In this document: one piece after another, positions 13,591 to 25,841 of the stretch
Position numbering within the stretch: position 1 is the stretch's first letter
Layout: every line of letters starts with the position of its first letter
From: Octopus bimaculoides
Lineage: Eukaryota
DNA: 47,478 bases
Direction: 5' to 3'
Assembly (NCBI RefSeq): GCF_001194135.2
Contig: NC_068987.1
Coordinates: forward strand, 60,817,460-60,864,937
Notes under the pieces: model-generated
Seen by the model: only the letters and a program-made list of their open reading frames with translations
The model's database searches: none
What the model was told of the DNA's origin: nothing
Position numbers and translations under genes: made by a program

Positions 13591-13629
<39 letters not shown>

Positions 13630-14149
13630 GGCATTGTTAGAGAATCTGGCAGATAGAAAGTTCAGAAGCTCGTTATTTGAGTGAGTGTGTATGTGTGCAT
13701 GCATAAATATGAGTAAACATTGATAGTTTGTGCTTGTCACTGGTTGAGTGAAGCAGTACTGGTGTTGACATTTCTTGTCAGTGTTTTGAAAATTTCTAAA
13801 ATAGGAAAAATCCCTTGCTTGAAAACAGATAATGGTTAGCATTAGGAAGAGCATTTGTTCATAAAATCATGACTCGTTTCTTCACACCCTCCACTGGTTA
13901 TCCTTTCCTAGCTCACTCTGTACTCTATTTTTCTTCACATCATCCACTTACTTTTCCACTTTTCACCTTCACTAAGACTCACATACCTCACTTACTCTTC
14001 CCTCCCACCTCCTTGTTAGTTGGTGTTCCTCTCTGCCACATCTCCTACTCAGCTACTACCTTTTCTTCTCCCATTTTTCCTTCTTGACTTTCATGCTTAA
14101 CTTTCCAGCATCTACTACCATCTACAAGCTATGTTCAACCAATACCTGA

Positions 14150-14314
14150 GACTGGCTGTGTGGTAAGTAGCTTGCTTACCAACCACATGGTTTCGGGTTC
14201 AGTCCCACTGTGTGGCACCTTGGGCAAGTGTCTTCTATTATAGCCTCGGGCCGACCAAAGCCTTGTGAGTGGATTTGGTAGACTGAAACTGAAAGAAGCC
14301 CGTTGTATATATGA

Positions 14315-14348
<34 letters not shown>

Positions 14349-14546
14349 TTGTCCCCCCAACATCGCTTGACAACCAATGGCGATGTGTTTATGTCCCCGT
14401 AACTTAGTGGTTCGGCAAAAGACACCGATAGAATAAGTACTAGGCTTCCAAAGAATAAGTCCTGGGGTCGATTTGCTCGACTAAAGGCAGTGCTCCAGCA
14501 TGGCCGCAGTCATATGACTGAAACAAGTAAAAGAGTAAAAAGAGTA
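14150..14546 (+). mobile_element. young tRNA-derived SINE, family A/B
   Basis: GGCTGTGTGGTAAG...GGGTTCAGTCCC head, GCACCTTGGGCAAGTGTCTTCT core, internal (TA)n(TG)n, tail GACTGAAACAAGTAAAAGAGTA. Confidence 0.85.
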
Positions 14547-15001
14547 GACCTGATAAGTCTCTACTAACAACTGCTTTACTATGCTTATCTTAAGCTACCT
14601 TGATACCCTCCCCTCACATTTGTGACTGCATTTTCCTCCAATACACAGAACATTAATCACACTGTCTGCCTCTTCGTCTCCTCTTTGCTCTCTAACCCCT
14701 CCCATCTTTTATTCACCACGATCACACTCTTTGTATACAGTTATTCCTCTTAAGAAAAGCTTCCATGCTTTTCCTAACCACTGCACCACTCCTTTACCTT
14801 GGACCTCAACTCTTCTCCACCTGGCTGAACTTTTACTCAGGATCAACTGTTTCTTCTTTGCAGTAGTTATGGAGGTGGCCATAGTCAAAGCATTGGCAAA
14901 ATCCCAAACAATGCCAATCCTTTCATTGGTAACATTGTCCTAATTGTTTTCCTAGTTCGCAGGTCCTATACCAAAGCTATATTTATGATTCTACCAACAC
15001 T

Positions 15002-15059
<58 letters not shown>

Positions 15060-15099
15060 NNNNNNNNNNNNNNNNNNNNNNNNNNNNNNNNNNNNNNNN
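15060..15099. other. assembly gap within a (CT)n microsatellite
   Basis: 40 N flanked by (TC)n. Confidence 0.99.
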
Positions 15100-15157
<58 letters not shown>

Positions 15158-16385
15158 CCCTTCCTTTTGAAGATCTAATCTTTTTCATCTCCTTCAATAG
15201 CTTAGTTCCCTCTATTTCACCTCCTCCATTCCAGAAAACTCTCCGATAATATCCTTGACATCTTTGTCAATAGAAACAGGGTTGTCAAGGATCTCTGTAC
15301 CTGTTTACTCCAACCCACAACACACAAACCATACACATATATACCATTCCCTTCTCTTACTATTTCTGCCCCACCTCACCCTTACTGCCACTTTTTATTT
15401 TTAAATACACCTGTCTTTACTTATCCTCCTCCCACTCCACCCACATGATATACACTCTCCTACTCCCAATACATTGTCTCTAGCTGTAGCTATAAAATTA
15501 AAGCTCAAACGTAATACATAGCTGGCCTATAGGCCTATATACTCAATGCTGTTACTCTTTCATATTTAATAATGTTTCCTTTTCATATGATGGTGCAATT
15601 GACCACACCTCTGCTTTTATACCCTGCATCTCTTATGCCAACTAACTTTCTCTGTTTTAGTGTATTTGCAAGCTTTGCAGCTCCCTTGTCCATTACTCCT
15701 CCTTTCTCACCCACATGGAGCCATTTCCCGAATTTGTCCTCACTACTATACTTTCGCTTTCCTGTCAGCACCATCACCCTTACTGAACCCAACCATTCTA
15801 CCTTCCATACTAAGCACTCTTTCAGTTGCATATTCTCCAATTTTACCTACTTCCTCGAGTGTTTCTTCTGAGATTCAGTTTACGTTGGGCAAGCTGATGG
15901 CTGAATGTGTGACGGGTTTGTGGAAAACCTCAGATTTTTTACTTGTCACTCAACATTTCAACTTTGCTAAACTTTGCTACTTTGTTTGGCCTCCGAGACC
16001 AGATTTTCTGCTTCTCTCTTCCAGAAGGAACAGGAGATCATCTTCTTTCTACACACTTTCACCCATTATGGTTTAAACTTCTACTCTCAGTTTACATAAC
16101 CTGCACTTTCACACAACATATCTACTGTCTACTCTAAATGTACCTCTTTGTTCCAACCCTCAGCACATATACCATGCACACATGTATACCACATCCTTCT
16201 CCAACCATTTCTTTCCCACTGTACATGAATTACTTAAGATGTAACTCATTTAGTGTTTCAATATGATTCAGGCCAGGGAATGCAAAAGTTTCGTTATACT
16301 GTGAAATTCATTATATTGTAAATGTGAATATATGTACATATGTATGCAAGTATGCCTGTATGTATCCATGAAAGTGTGTGTATGA

Positions 16386-16422
<37 letters not shown>

Positions 16423-17337
16423 NNNNNNNNNNNNNNNNNNNNNNNNNNNNNNNNNNNNNNNNNNNNNNNNNNNNNNNNNNNNNNNNNNNNNNNNNNNNNN
16501 NNNNNNNNNNNNNNNNNNNNNNNNNNNNNNNNNNNNNNNNNNNNNNNNNNNNNNNNNNNNNNNNNNNNNNNNNNNNNNNNNNNNNNNNNNNNNNNNNNNN
16601 NNNNNNNNNNNNNNNNNNNNNNNNNNNNNNNNNNNNNNNNNNNNNNNNNNNNNNNNNNNNNNNNNNNNNNNNNNNNNNNNNNNNNNNNNNNNNNNNNNNN
16701 NNNNNNNNNNNNNNNNNNNNNNNNNNNNNNNNNNNNNNNNNNNNNNNNNNNNNNNNNNNNNNNNNNNNNNNNNNNNNNNNNNNNNNNNNNNNNNNNNNNN
16801 NNNNNNNNNNNNNNNNNNNNNNNNNNNNNNNNNNNNNNNNNNNNNNNNNNNNNNNNNNNNNNNNNNNNNNNNNNNNNNNNNNNNNNNNNNNNNNNNNNNN
16901 NNNNNNNNNNNNNNNNNNNNNNNNNNNNNNNNNNNNNNNNNNNNNNNNNNNNNNNNNNNNNNNNNNNNNNNNNNNNNNNNNNNNNNNNNNNNNNNNNNNN
17001 NNNNNNNNNNNNNNNNNNNNNNNNNNNNNNNNNNNNNNNNNNNNNNNNNNNNNNNNNNNNNNNNNNNNNNNNNNNNNNNNNNNNNNNNNNNNNNNNNNNN
17101 NNNNNNNNNNNNNNNNNNNNNNNNNNNNNNNNNNNNNNNNNNNNNNNNNNNNNNNNNNNNNNNNNNNNNNNNNNNNNNNNNNNNNNNNNNNNNNNNNNNN
17201 NNNNNNNNNNNNNNNNNNNNNNNNNNNNNNNNNNNNNNNNNNNNNNNNNNNNNNNNNNNNNNNNNNNNNNNNNNNNNNNNNNNNNNNNNNNNNNNNNNNN
17301 NNNNNNNNNNNNNNNNNNNNNNNNNNNNNNNNNNNNN
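16423..17337. other. assembly gap within a (TA)n microsatellite
   Basis: N run flanked by (TA)n. Confidence 0.99.
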
Positions 17338-17372
<35 letters not shown>

Positions 17373-17724
17373 GTATGTATATGTATATATGTACCTCTAT
17401 GTATGTGCATGTATGCATATATAGGTATGTATGTGTGTGTGTGTGTGTGTGTACATATACATACATTTATGTGTGTGTGTATTTATAAGTATGTGTGTCT
17501 GTATATTAGAGAACTATCTAATTTCTGGAGAAATGTGGTATGAACGTGAGAATGACTAAAATATATAATCGCAACTCAACCTTGCTTAAAGGATGTGAAG
17601 TTAAAATTCTGTCCTTCTGATTTAATTAGTTCTTAGTTTCGACGTTTCTACTATCATAAGGTTGTGCTCATGGGCAAAACATAAACGCACTTGACTAACT
17701 AAGTTTTGCTGGCTGACACAACAG

Positions 17725-17793
17725 ATTCCACTCTTTGTAATAATTGGATTATTAGCGATAGGAAGATCATTTTCTTGCAAAGTTATTTCTCAG
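17725..17793 (+). CDS. candidate exon, coding or 5'UTR (IPLFVIIGLLAIGRSFSCKVISQ or D-STLCNNWIISDRKIIFLQSYFS-G)
   Basis: consensus donor CAG|GTAAGT; CTAAC branch-like site upstream of ACAACAG acceptor; two open frames. Confidence 0.45.
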
Positions 17794-18000
17794 GTAAGTG
17801 AGAACACTGTTACCTTTATAGATCTGAAGTGATATCTGTTGTATCAAAAAAAAAAAAAAAAATATCTGCACATATGCATGGGAATGCTGTTTTGATGACT
17901 ATAACTAACTGGTGGCATGAATCATATAAGAGGCTCTGATTGCTGTACCAACCCCAATTAATCTTGAAAGGTTTTCAAATCATCTTTTGGTTTTCTGTAG

Positions 18001-18059
18001 GTGCTCTTCTATTGAGGAACTCCCTGATGCCGTTGTTGCCATGCAAACAGATTCAAGTG
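18001..18059 (+). CDS. candidate exon after a 207-nt canonical intron (G-ALLLRNSLMPLLPCKQIQV, or start exon MQTDSS-G)
   Basis: acceptor TTTTGGTTTTCTGTAG, donor GTG|GTAACT; GCCATG at 18038-18043. Confidence 0.4.
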
Positions 18060-18283
18060 GTAACTCAACATACTTTCTCTTTCCATTTGTTTACTTCCTC
18101 AGACTCTACTTTTTAATGCTAGTTGTGTGTTTTTGGTTTCACTGTAAAAACAAACAAAACAAAAAAAAGAAAAGAAAAGAGAAAATATTAGTTTTTTTTT
18201 TTTTTAATTCAATTTATTTTAGGTGAAAATGTTTTATCATGCATACCCTTCATTTTTCCTCTTCTTCCTCACTCCATCTCTCT

Positions 18284-18325
<42 letters not shown>

Positions 18326-18341
18326 ATACATACATACATAC

Positions 18342-18818
18342 ATGTCATCTTCATCATTTTAACATACACTGTTTGATGCTTGCATGGGTTATAGATAGAA
18401 TTCATTGGTGCAGATTTTCTATGGCCAGGTACACTTCATGTCACCAACTTCTACCTGTTTCCAAACAAGGTAATATTTCCCCATGGTTAGACATTTTCAC
18501 AAAACACTAGAAACAAGGGTCAACCCTTATATGACAGTAATGCTCATTTGTAACTATAGTGCAATGTCAAGATAAGGCAACAAAAACACCCATGCACATA
18601 CTCACACAAACATACCTATATATCTATACACACATACCTACACACACATATATGATGAACTTGCATTTTTTGTGTTCCAAATCTACTTGGGGCTAAGGCT
18701 TTGATAGGACAGGGCCAACAGTAGAAGACACTTGCCCAAGGTGTCATACAGTGAATCTGAACAAGAAACCATATAACTGAAAAGCAAACATATTAACCAC
18801 ACAACTACGCCTGCACCC
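18342..18818 (-). mobile_element. old composite SINE (family A head plus RTE-type tail)
   Basis: reverse complement of the 6405-6793 layout. Confidence 0.55.
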
Positions 18819-18855
18819 ATATATTTACATACATACATACATATAAATGTGTGTG

Positions 18856-19125
18856 CATCATCATCATCATCGTTTAACATCCACTTTCAATGCTAGCATG
18901 GGCTGGACGATTTGACTGAGGACTGGCAAGCCAGAAGGCTGCACCAGGCTCCAATCTGATCTGGCAGAGTTTCTACAGCTGGATGCCCTTCCTAACGCCA
19001 ACCACTCCGAGAGTGTAGTGGGTGCTTTTATGTGCCACCGTCACGAGGGCCAATCACACGGTACTGATAACGGCCATGCTCAAAAAGGTGTTTTTTTTAT
19101 GTGCCACCTGCATGGGAGCCAGTCT
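18856..19125 (-). mobile_element. family D (RTE-tailed) repeat
   Basis: (CAT)n CGTTTAAC...GGATGCCCTTCCTAACGCCAACCACTCCGAGAG; close to the 1-255 copy. Confidence 0.75.
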
Positions 19126-19506
19126 AGCAGCACTATAGGCATGTGCTGTCAGTAATTACTTGGGGTAGGCAGTTGGTAACTTTTATGTAGTAAACACAAA
19201 AAATAAGCGAAACACAAGCGTGCAACTGAACCGTAAAGAAAACGGTGTTGTAGGAATGTACGCAGCACATGTACTACAGCAGTACTATGCATAACTTAAA
19301 TACTGAAATTGAAAAGCAGAGGCGAATTGTGCCTACCTAATCTACAAAAAAAAATTAAATAGTTTGCATTTTATGCATAGTAATCAGAGTAATCTTCATA
19401 ATTTTATTGAATTAAGTGCATATTTTGCCATAAAAGGAAAATGTTGCTATCAATCTATTTTATTCAAGGTAGGCACTGCCTACCTTGCCTACCTAGGTGG
19501 TATGTC

Positions 19507-19562
<56 letters not shown>

Positions 19563-19563
19563 A

Positions 19564-20231
19564 TGAGGGGAAGTCAAGAATTATCCACACTTTCGCCATA
19601 ACATCTTTATTATTGTCATACACTGCCTTCTGTGCATGTGTGCTTATAATCGGTACTATTGTGGTCACTTGATCAAAGTTTGAGTCTGATCACACCATTT
19701 TTCTTGCTGGTTTTACAGTATAAGCATGGTCGCCCCACTAACAATGTGCACAAAAGAAGAACAAAGAGCAGTGATCCAAGAGATGGTAATAGTGAACTGG
19801 TTCACCATTATCATCTCTTGAGCTTGCTGAATTTTCTCCTCAGTGGTGGAAGTTGATGGACGTCCTTCTCCCTCTTAGTGTGTCACACTTGTCCAGCCAC
19901 TTTAAAGTTATTGATCCACTAATACACACTTCTACTCAGTAGTGCATTGTCCCCTTATTGTGCTAAAAGCCACTGATGAATTTCAGCACCTAACACACCT
20001 TCCAACCAGAGAAATTGGATTACTGCTCTTTGTTCTTCTTTGGTGCACATTGCTAGTGGAGCAGCCATGCTTACACTGTAAAGCCAGAAAGAAAAAATGA
20101 CACGATCAGGCTCAAACTTTGATCACGTGAACACAATAGTACTAACTTTAAGCATGCATGTACAGAAGGGAGTGTGACAATAATAAAGATATGTTATGGC
20201 GAGAGTGCAGATAAATTTTGACTTCCCCTCA
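19564..20231 (-). mobile_element. mariner derivative: 5' half of the transposase plus an inverted copy of the first ~220 bp
   Basis: ends TGAGGGGAAGTCAA / TTGACTTCCCCTCA; minus strand MAAPLAMCTKEEQRAVIQFLWLEG...GRPSTSTTEEKIQQAQEMI with stops. Confidence 0.8.
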
Positions 20232-22079
20232 TTTGTATGTATATCCCATTGCTGACAATCTTATAATGGCTGTGAGCTAATAGGATCATTAGCACATAGG
20301 ACAAAATGCTTAGCAATGTTTCTTCTGGCTCTTTATGCTCTGAGTTCAAAAACTGCCAAGGTCAACTTGTTTTTCATCCCTTTAATATCATTGACATAAA
20401 GTACCAGTTGAGCACCTGGGGTTAATGTAATCAACTAACTTCTTCCAACTAAAGTTGCTGGCCTTGCTCCAAAATTTGAAACAAGTATTTTTAGGATTGG
20501 TCAAGTGATGTAGACCCCTATTGAGTGACACTAATAAGAGCCAAAATTTGCATTAAGGCCATTTGACAATTTTCTTTTTTCCAATGCAGTGCCCCACCAT
20601 GGCTGCAGTCTAATGACTGAAACAAGTAAAAGGAAAATGAAGTGTCTATTTAAAATCCATTCCACTATTTAACTGTGTTTCATGATATTAGTCTACAGAC
20701 AACATTATTTTAACCTCCAAATTTGATTAGAAAGATCATAGATATTAATTAGTTATTTCTTTGACTTTAAGATTGTTCAAACATTCAAAATTAAAAGAAT
20801 CATGATTTTTTCACCACAGTATAATTTCAAATAGATGTTGTTTAGCCATATCCCCAAAAAACAGTCTGAGCTTATCACTGCTGGTCAGATTCTTACCAAA
20901 ATCTTGTTGAATAAAAAAAAAATATTGTCAGCTACCACTTGCATTTATTATGTGAACACCAGCCTTTGAGACAGATTCATCATGCAACATATAACCACTG
21001 AAATAGATCTTTCATCATCATCTTTGTGAGATTCAGCATTTTGAAATCTGATGTCACCACTACTTTCCTTTTTCCCCCTTGCAGTTCATTTTAGTTCATT
21101 ACTGATTATCTTATCCACATCATGTGTCCATATCAGAGCAGTTGTCTCTTCTACACACATTTGTCATGAGGAGAAAATGGAAATGGTTGGCAACACAGTG
21201 TTAAGAAGATCTGCCTTCTTAGGCAAATATGACAAAACCAGTGTAATAAATGGTGGTAGTAATGGAAATTGGGTGGCAAAATAGATGTATATGTGTGTGT
21301 GTAATACAGTATATATATAGAGAGAGAGACGGTGTCCAACATGGCTGCAGTCAGATAACTGAAACAGTAAAATATATATATATGTATTTGTACACATTTG
21401 GTTTTCATCCTAATGTCTTTGTCAAGTATTACATCTATTCCTTGCTACTAACAGTCATCACTCATCCCTCAAAGTGCATGTGTATTGGTCCCCTTGACTC
21501 CATACACTTAGCAGCAACACTCAAAGGGAGAGGAATCCTTTAGACAACACTATGAATTAGCTCCTATTTCTCAAACTTTGTCCATCATGAAACATGTTCC
21601 AGCTACTTTCACTCTACTCAAGAGGGTTGTAAGTTGTTTATGCACCTGAAGAGTGAGTTACACAAATATGATATAGCATCACAAAACGATTCATAGAGTA
21701 TCCTGGAGATTATATTATATCATAGTACCAAATATATACATATATATATATACAATGTGTGTATAATGCATTAATTTTGTGCTTTGTAGATCAAATGCTG
21801 AGACCTTAAATAACAGCCAATAAAGAACTTTATTTCCAATTGTAATTTCCAATATCAGTTACTGTAATTGATTATTTGTTATCTCTAAAAGTTCTCATAT
21901 TTCAATTGAAAAATAAAAACCAATAAATAGCGTATAATAGGTGTTACGTTTGACATAAATCTTTTCAGTCACTTGTTCAAGTTAGGAATTTCATTTTCAA
22001 TGCAGGATTTCTCCTCAAAAGGTTAGATATTTCTCTTCATTACTATCTGGCATTACAGAAAAATCCCCACCCCACTTAA

Positions 22080-22302
22080 CCCTTTTGATAGCAAGTTGCC
22101 TGAGACCATCACCCCTGGTTATATAATACCAAGTTTCTGTTTTAAAGTGATCTAAATTCAAAACTTTCATTGAAATTTCACGTCAATCTGTGTTCCAAAT
22201 GCCAGTTTAATAAAAACAAAATTATTTTACTAAAGTATTCATACTTTTCAGAATTGATTAAAACAGGCAATGTATTTCAACAGAAAAACGGTAATGAAAG
22301 GG
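22080..22302. mobile_element. piggyBac-type MITE
   Basis: TTAA|CCCTTT ... AAAGGG|TTAA; related copy at 31962. Confidence 0.6.
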
Positions 22303-22346
22303 TTAATTCTTCTTTTTCCAGTTTTGTTTTCTTTTTTTTAACTATA

Positions 22347-22503
22347 GGTGCAGGTGTGGCTGTGTGGTAAGAAGCTTGCTTCCCAATCACATGGGTCCAA
22401 GTTTGGTCCCACTGCATTGCACCTTGGGAAAGTGTCTTCTATAGCCCCAGGTTGACCAGAGCCTTGTGGGTGGATTTGGTAGAGGGAAACTAAAGAAGCC
22501 CAT

Positions 22504-22538
<35 letters not shown>

Positions 22539-22783
22539 GTATGTATGTATATATCTGTGTGTGTCTTTGTGTTTGTCCCCCTCCCACCGCTAGACAACCA
22601 GTGTTGGTATGTTTACATCCCTGTAACTTAGTAGTTTGGCAAATGAGATCAATAGATCATGTGCCAGGCTTTAAAAAAAATACTGGAGTCTATTCATTCA
22701 AACAAAATTCTTCGAGGTGGTGCCCCAACATGGCCACAGTCTTGATGACTGAAACAAATAAAAGGTAAAAGAAGAAATAAAAG
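22347..22783 (+). mobile_element. tRNA-derived SINE, family A/B (CpG-decayed)
   Basis: full head, core, internal microsatellite and tail as at 14150. Confidence 0.8.
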
Positions 22784-23266
22784 ATCTGTATTGCTCTTAC
22801 TGAATTGCTTCTTGTGGACAAAACAGATCATCGCAAGTCTTCATAGTGTGTGTATTATCATAAATATTGGTATAGTAGAATAACAGGAACTAGGCTAAAT
22901 GCCAAAATATATGTAGTTTCCACCTTGTATATTCCAGCTAATCCTACAGAGCTTAACTTAGTAGTTTAACCTTGCAGGCTCAATAAAATATGTAGCAGTA
23001 ATATACTAGGATCAATTGAAACATTTTTCTGGTTTTCAGTGTTAGACTACAACCATGATGGGTCCCTGGCTTCAAAGGTGTTAAGTACTTTTATTGACCC
23101 TACTAATCTTTCAGGGATTTATTTCATTGTAAAATATGTACAGTAAAGTAGACGTTAGTTGAATCTGAATATCATAGGGTATTTCAAATGTACTAACTTT
23201 CACTCCACACAATATATATGCACACATTGTGTATTTATGTGTGTGAGAGATTCATACATGTATATA

Positions 23267-24417
23267 CCAGGTTGAATTGAAAGTTTTTCTGTATTTCATG
23301 CTTTAATTAATAGTTGCAACAAATTACATACGAAAAAGTGTTTAATCGTCAAAATATATCTCATCATATTTTATTGTCCATTGCCATTGTTATGCCTGAT
23401 TCTTGATTCCAGGCTTATAACATTTAGCTGGTTTAAAGACAAAAAAACTCCCTGCTCTCGTTTTCAACCTCATCCACATTGTTGAACTTATGCCCATGAA
23501 GGAAATAAGCTACATCTTGGAAAAGGTGGTAATCTGTTAGTGCAATATCTGCACTGTAAGCAGAGTGAGGCAACATATCAAACCCCACAAGTTCCTTGGT
23601 CACGTTACCAGTGTGTGTTGGGACATTGTCATGTTGTAGGAGTGCACATCTTTGATTGATCAATGCCGGATAGTGGGCTTTCAAAGCATCATATACTTGC
23701 TGTTGTTGTTGACCATCTGAGACTAGCTCAAAGTGCAACAACTCTTTAAAATTCCACCAAACACACAACACAACCTTCAGTTCAAACCGCCCTCATTTGA
23801 CAACAGGTTTGAAGCCTGGCTAGAACAAAGTCACTGATTTCTCATTAGGATTACAAAAATGGATGCTCTTTTCATCTCCAGTTACAATTCAACACCAAAA
23901 ACAGGCATCTTGAGGATTTATAAATGTTCACACATTGCTGATCCTGGTTATTGGTCAGTTTGTGAGGAATTTCTCAACAGCATCTGTTCGAAAGGTTGAG
24001 CTTATGAAGGTGTTGACTGATGGTACTTTGTGAAGGATCAAGTTCTGCTGACAATGTTTGAGTGCTAGTGCTTGGCAGTTGTTCAACCATTTCAAGCAAA
24101 ACCTCATTTTCCACAGCCGAAGGTCTCCTTGCTTTGTCTTTAAGGCTGGTGTCACATTCTTTGAAATGTCTGAACAAGTTTTGGCCACATATTCATTAAC
24201 ATTTACTGGGCCTTCTGCTCAATCCTTTTTTCCAGATGTTGCATAAGATGGATCTAGTTGCAGTAATTTCACCGTTTAATATCAAAGCTGTAAAATAAAG
24301 AATAAATAATTCAGCAACAATCAGACAAGAAGTTGTATCAAATAAATTATATAACATGATGATACAAGTTGCCAAAAATCATTAGTGAAAATTCAAAAAA
24401 CTTTTCACTCAGCCTGG
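23267..24417 (-). mobile_element. decayed mariner (DD34D-type) transposon
   Basis: imperfect TIRs CCAGGTTGAATTGAAAGTTTTT / CCAGGCTGAGTGAAAAGTTTTT; LCVWWN, LLQHDNVPTH, PHSAYSADIALTDYHLF motifs at 23433-23771. Confidence 0.85.
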
Positions 24418-24601
24418 TGTGTGTTTGAGTGAGTGTGCATGTATGCATACATATGTATATATACTCATATATGTGTATACACATACATATGTATTTACAA
24501 ATAAAATCCCATTTTCCATGCTGGCATGAGTTGTCTGGTTCAACATGAGCTGTGCCAAGCTCCATTGTCAGTATCAATGTGTGTATATATGTATATACGA
24601 A

Positions 24602-24910
24602 GGCACATGGCTCAGTGGTTAGAGTGTCGGGCTCACAATCATAAAGTAGTGAGTTCGATTCCCGGACTGGACTGTGTGTTGGGGGTCTTGAGCAAGACAC
24701 TTTATTTAATGTTTCTCCAGTTCATTCAGTTGTAGAAATGAGTTGCAGCATCACTGGTGCTAGGCTGTATCGGCATTTTCCTTTCCCTTGGGTAACATGA
24801 ATAGCATGGGCGACTGCTGGTCTTCCATGAACAACCTTGCCCAGACTTGTGCCTAGGAGGGTAACTTTCCAGGTGCAATCCCATGCTCATTCATGACCGA
24901 AGAGGGTCTT
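24602..24910 (+). mobile_element. tRNA-derived SINE, family E (Meta/V-SINE-like core)
   Basis: A box TGGCTCAGTGG, B box GTTCGATTCC, then TCTTGAGCAAGACACTTTATTT; body recurs reversed at 36160-36330. Confidence 0.75.
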
Positions 24911-25841
24911 CTACTCTATATGTATATGTTGTATTCTGTCTGACATTTTGTACTCAGATCAGTGTTGATAGTACCAGTCTTGTACTGGGATCAGTTTTTC
25001 TGTTTCACTCAATCTTACTATCTGTGTGTTACACGGTAGTTTGAAATGGGCTTCACTATCATATAAGTGTAGTTATTCATTTTCAATCTTTTACAAAAGC
25101 TTATCTGGTGATGGAGAAAGAAATTCTTCACTTAGAAACAGGAAGGGCATCTGACTGAGAAAATTTGCTTTTTACAAACTCCATCTGAACCATGCCAGCA
25201 TAGAAAAGAAGACATTAGAATGATGATGTCTAAGGAGAAAGTGAAATGAGAATTTAAGGCATTGACTAACTTTGTCAGGAATTGTGCCAATGGAACTAAA
25301 ACTTTTCTAGCTGGAAATTTGAAGCAATTTGCAGTTGCAAACTTATTACAGGAATGGGTTTGCTTCAAAAAATGCAAGCTGCAGTGGTGGGGATAGCAGC
25401 AGTAGTAGTGGTATAGTGCAATTTGATCTTCTTGCCCTATACAATAATTCAGATGTTGGCAAATTCATAGCTAAATATTACATGGTAAACTTAATACCAA
25501 TGCTAAAAGATGACAAAACCTTTGATGATTGGTAATGTTGCCAATAAAAGACTCTGGAATCCTGCTTGTTTATTGGTTTCAAATTGACTCTTTTACCAAG
25601 CTATTGAATTACCTTTTCGGCGAATTTTCTGAAAGCTGAATCTTTCTTATTTAGAAGTAGCTAAAAACATTTCCCTTGAACATTGGAAAAAAGTTACTTT
25701 ATGCCGAAATAAGTATTGTAAATTTATTATCGTTTTCTTGATAAAAGAAAGTGTTGTTTTTCATTTTTGCTTCATTTTTTACATACATTCAGTCATTGGT
25801 TTGTTTTTATGTTCATTTTCCCATGTCAGCATGGGTTATAT

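Larger units (their letters stand above)
12965..13593. mobile_element. foldback element: two ~263-bp inverted arms (12965-13227, 13314-13575) with an 86-bp spacer, in a (TA)n tract; probably inverted Penelope-like pseudo-LTRs
   Basis: arms align by eye at about 92% identity, outer halves nearly identical; each arm holds a hammerhead core; (TA)n on both flanks. Confidence 0.8.
13900..16310 (+). mobile_element. highly decayed Penelope-like element (RT + GIY-YIG), interrupted by a SINE and a (CT)n/gap
   Basis: LYTVIP...LLHLAELLLRINCFFF (14731-14870) matches PLE RT; VAI...ANPFIG-like motif; FSCIFSNFTY...VYVGQ GIY-YIG-like near 15820-15900; ends ...CCCATTATGGTTTAAAC; outer limits approximate. Confidence 0.65.

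Noticed and set aside
16268-17543. 330-390 aa ORFs on both strands
   Set aside because: They are translations of an N gap and (TA)n flanks.
19140-19507. Possible MITE with GTAGGCA/TGCCTAC motifs
   Set aside because: I could not define convincing TIRs or a TSD.
24602-24670. tRNA-like sequence with A and B boxes
   Set aside because: It continues directly into a SINE body and lacks a proper acceptor stem, so it is a SINE head. The same applies to the other SINE heads.
25289-25535. Balanced-composition stretch with acceptors (NGFASKNASCSGG…KTFDDW*)
   Set aside because: Several equally plausible frames and an AGT/AGC micro-repeat core; not supportable without transcripts.
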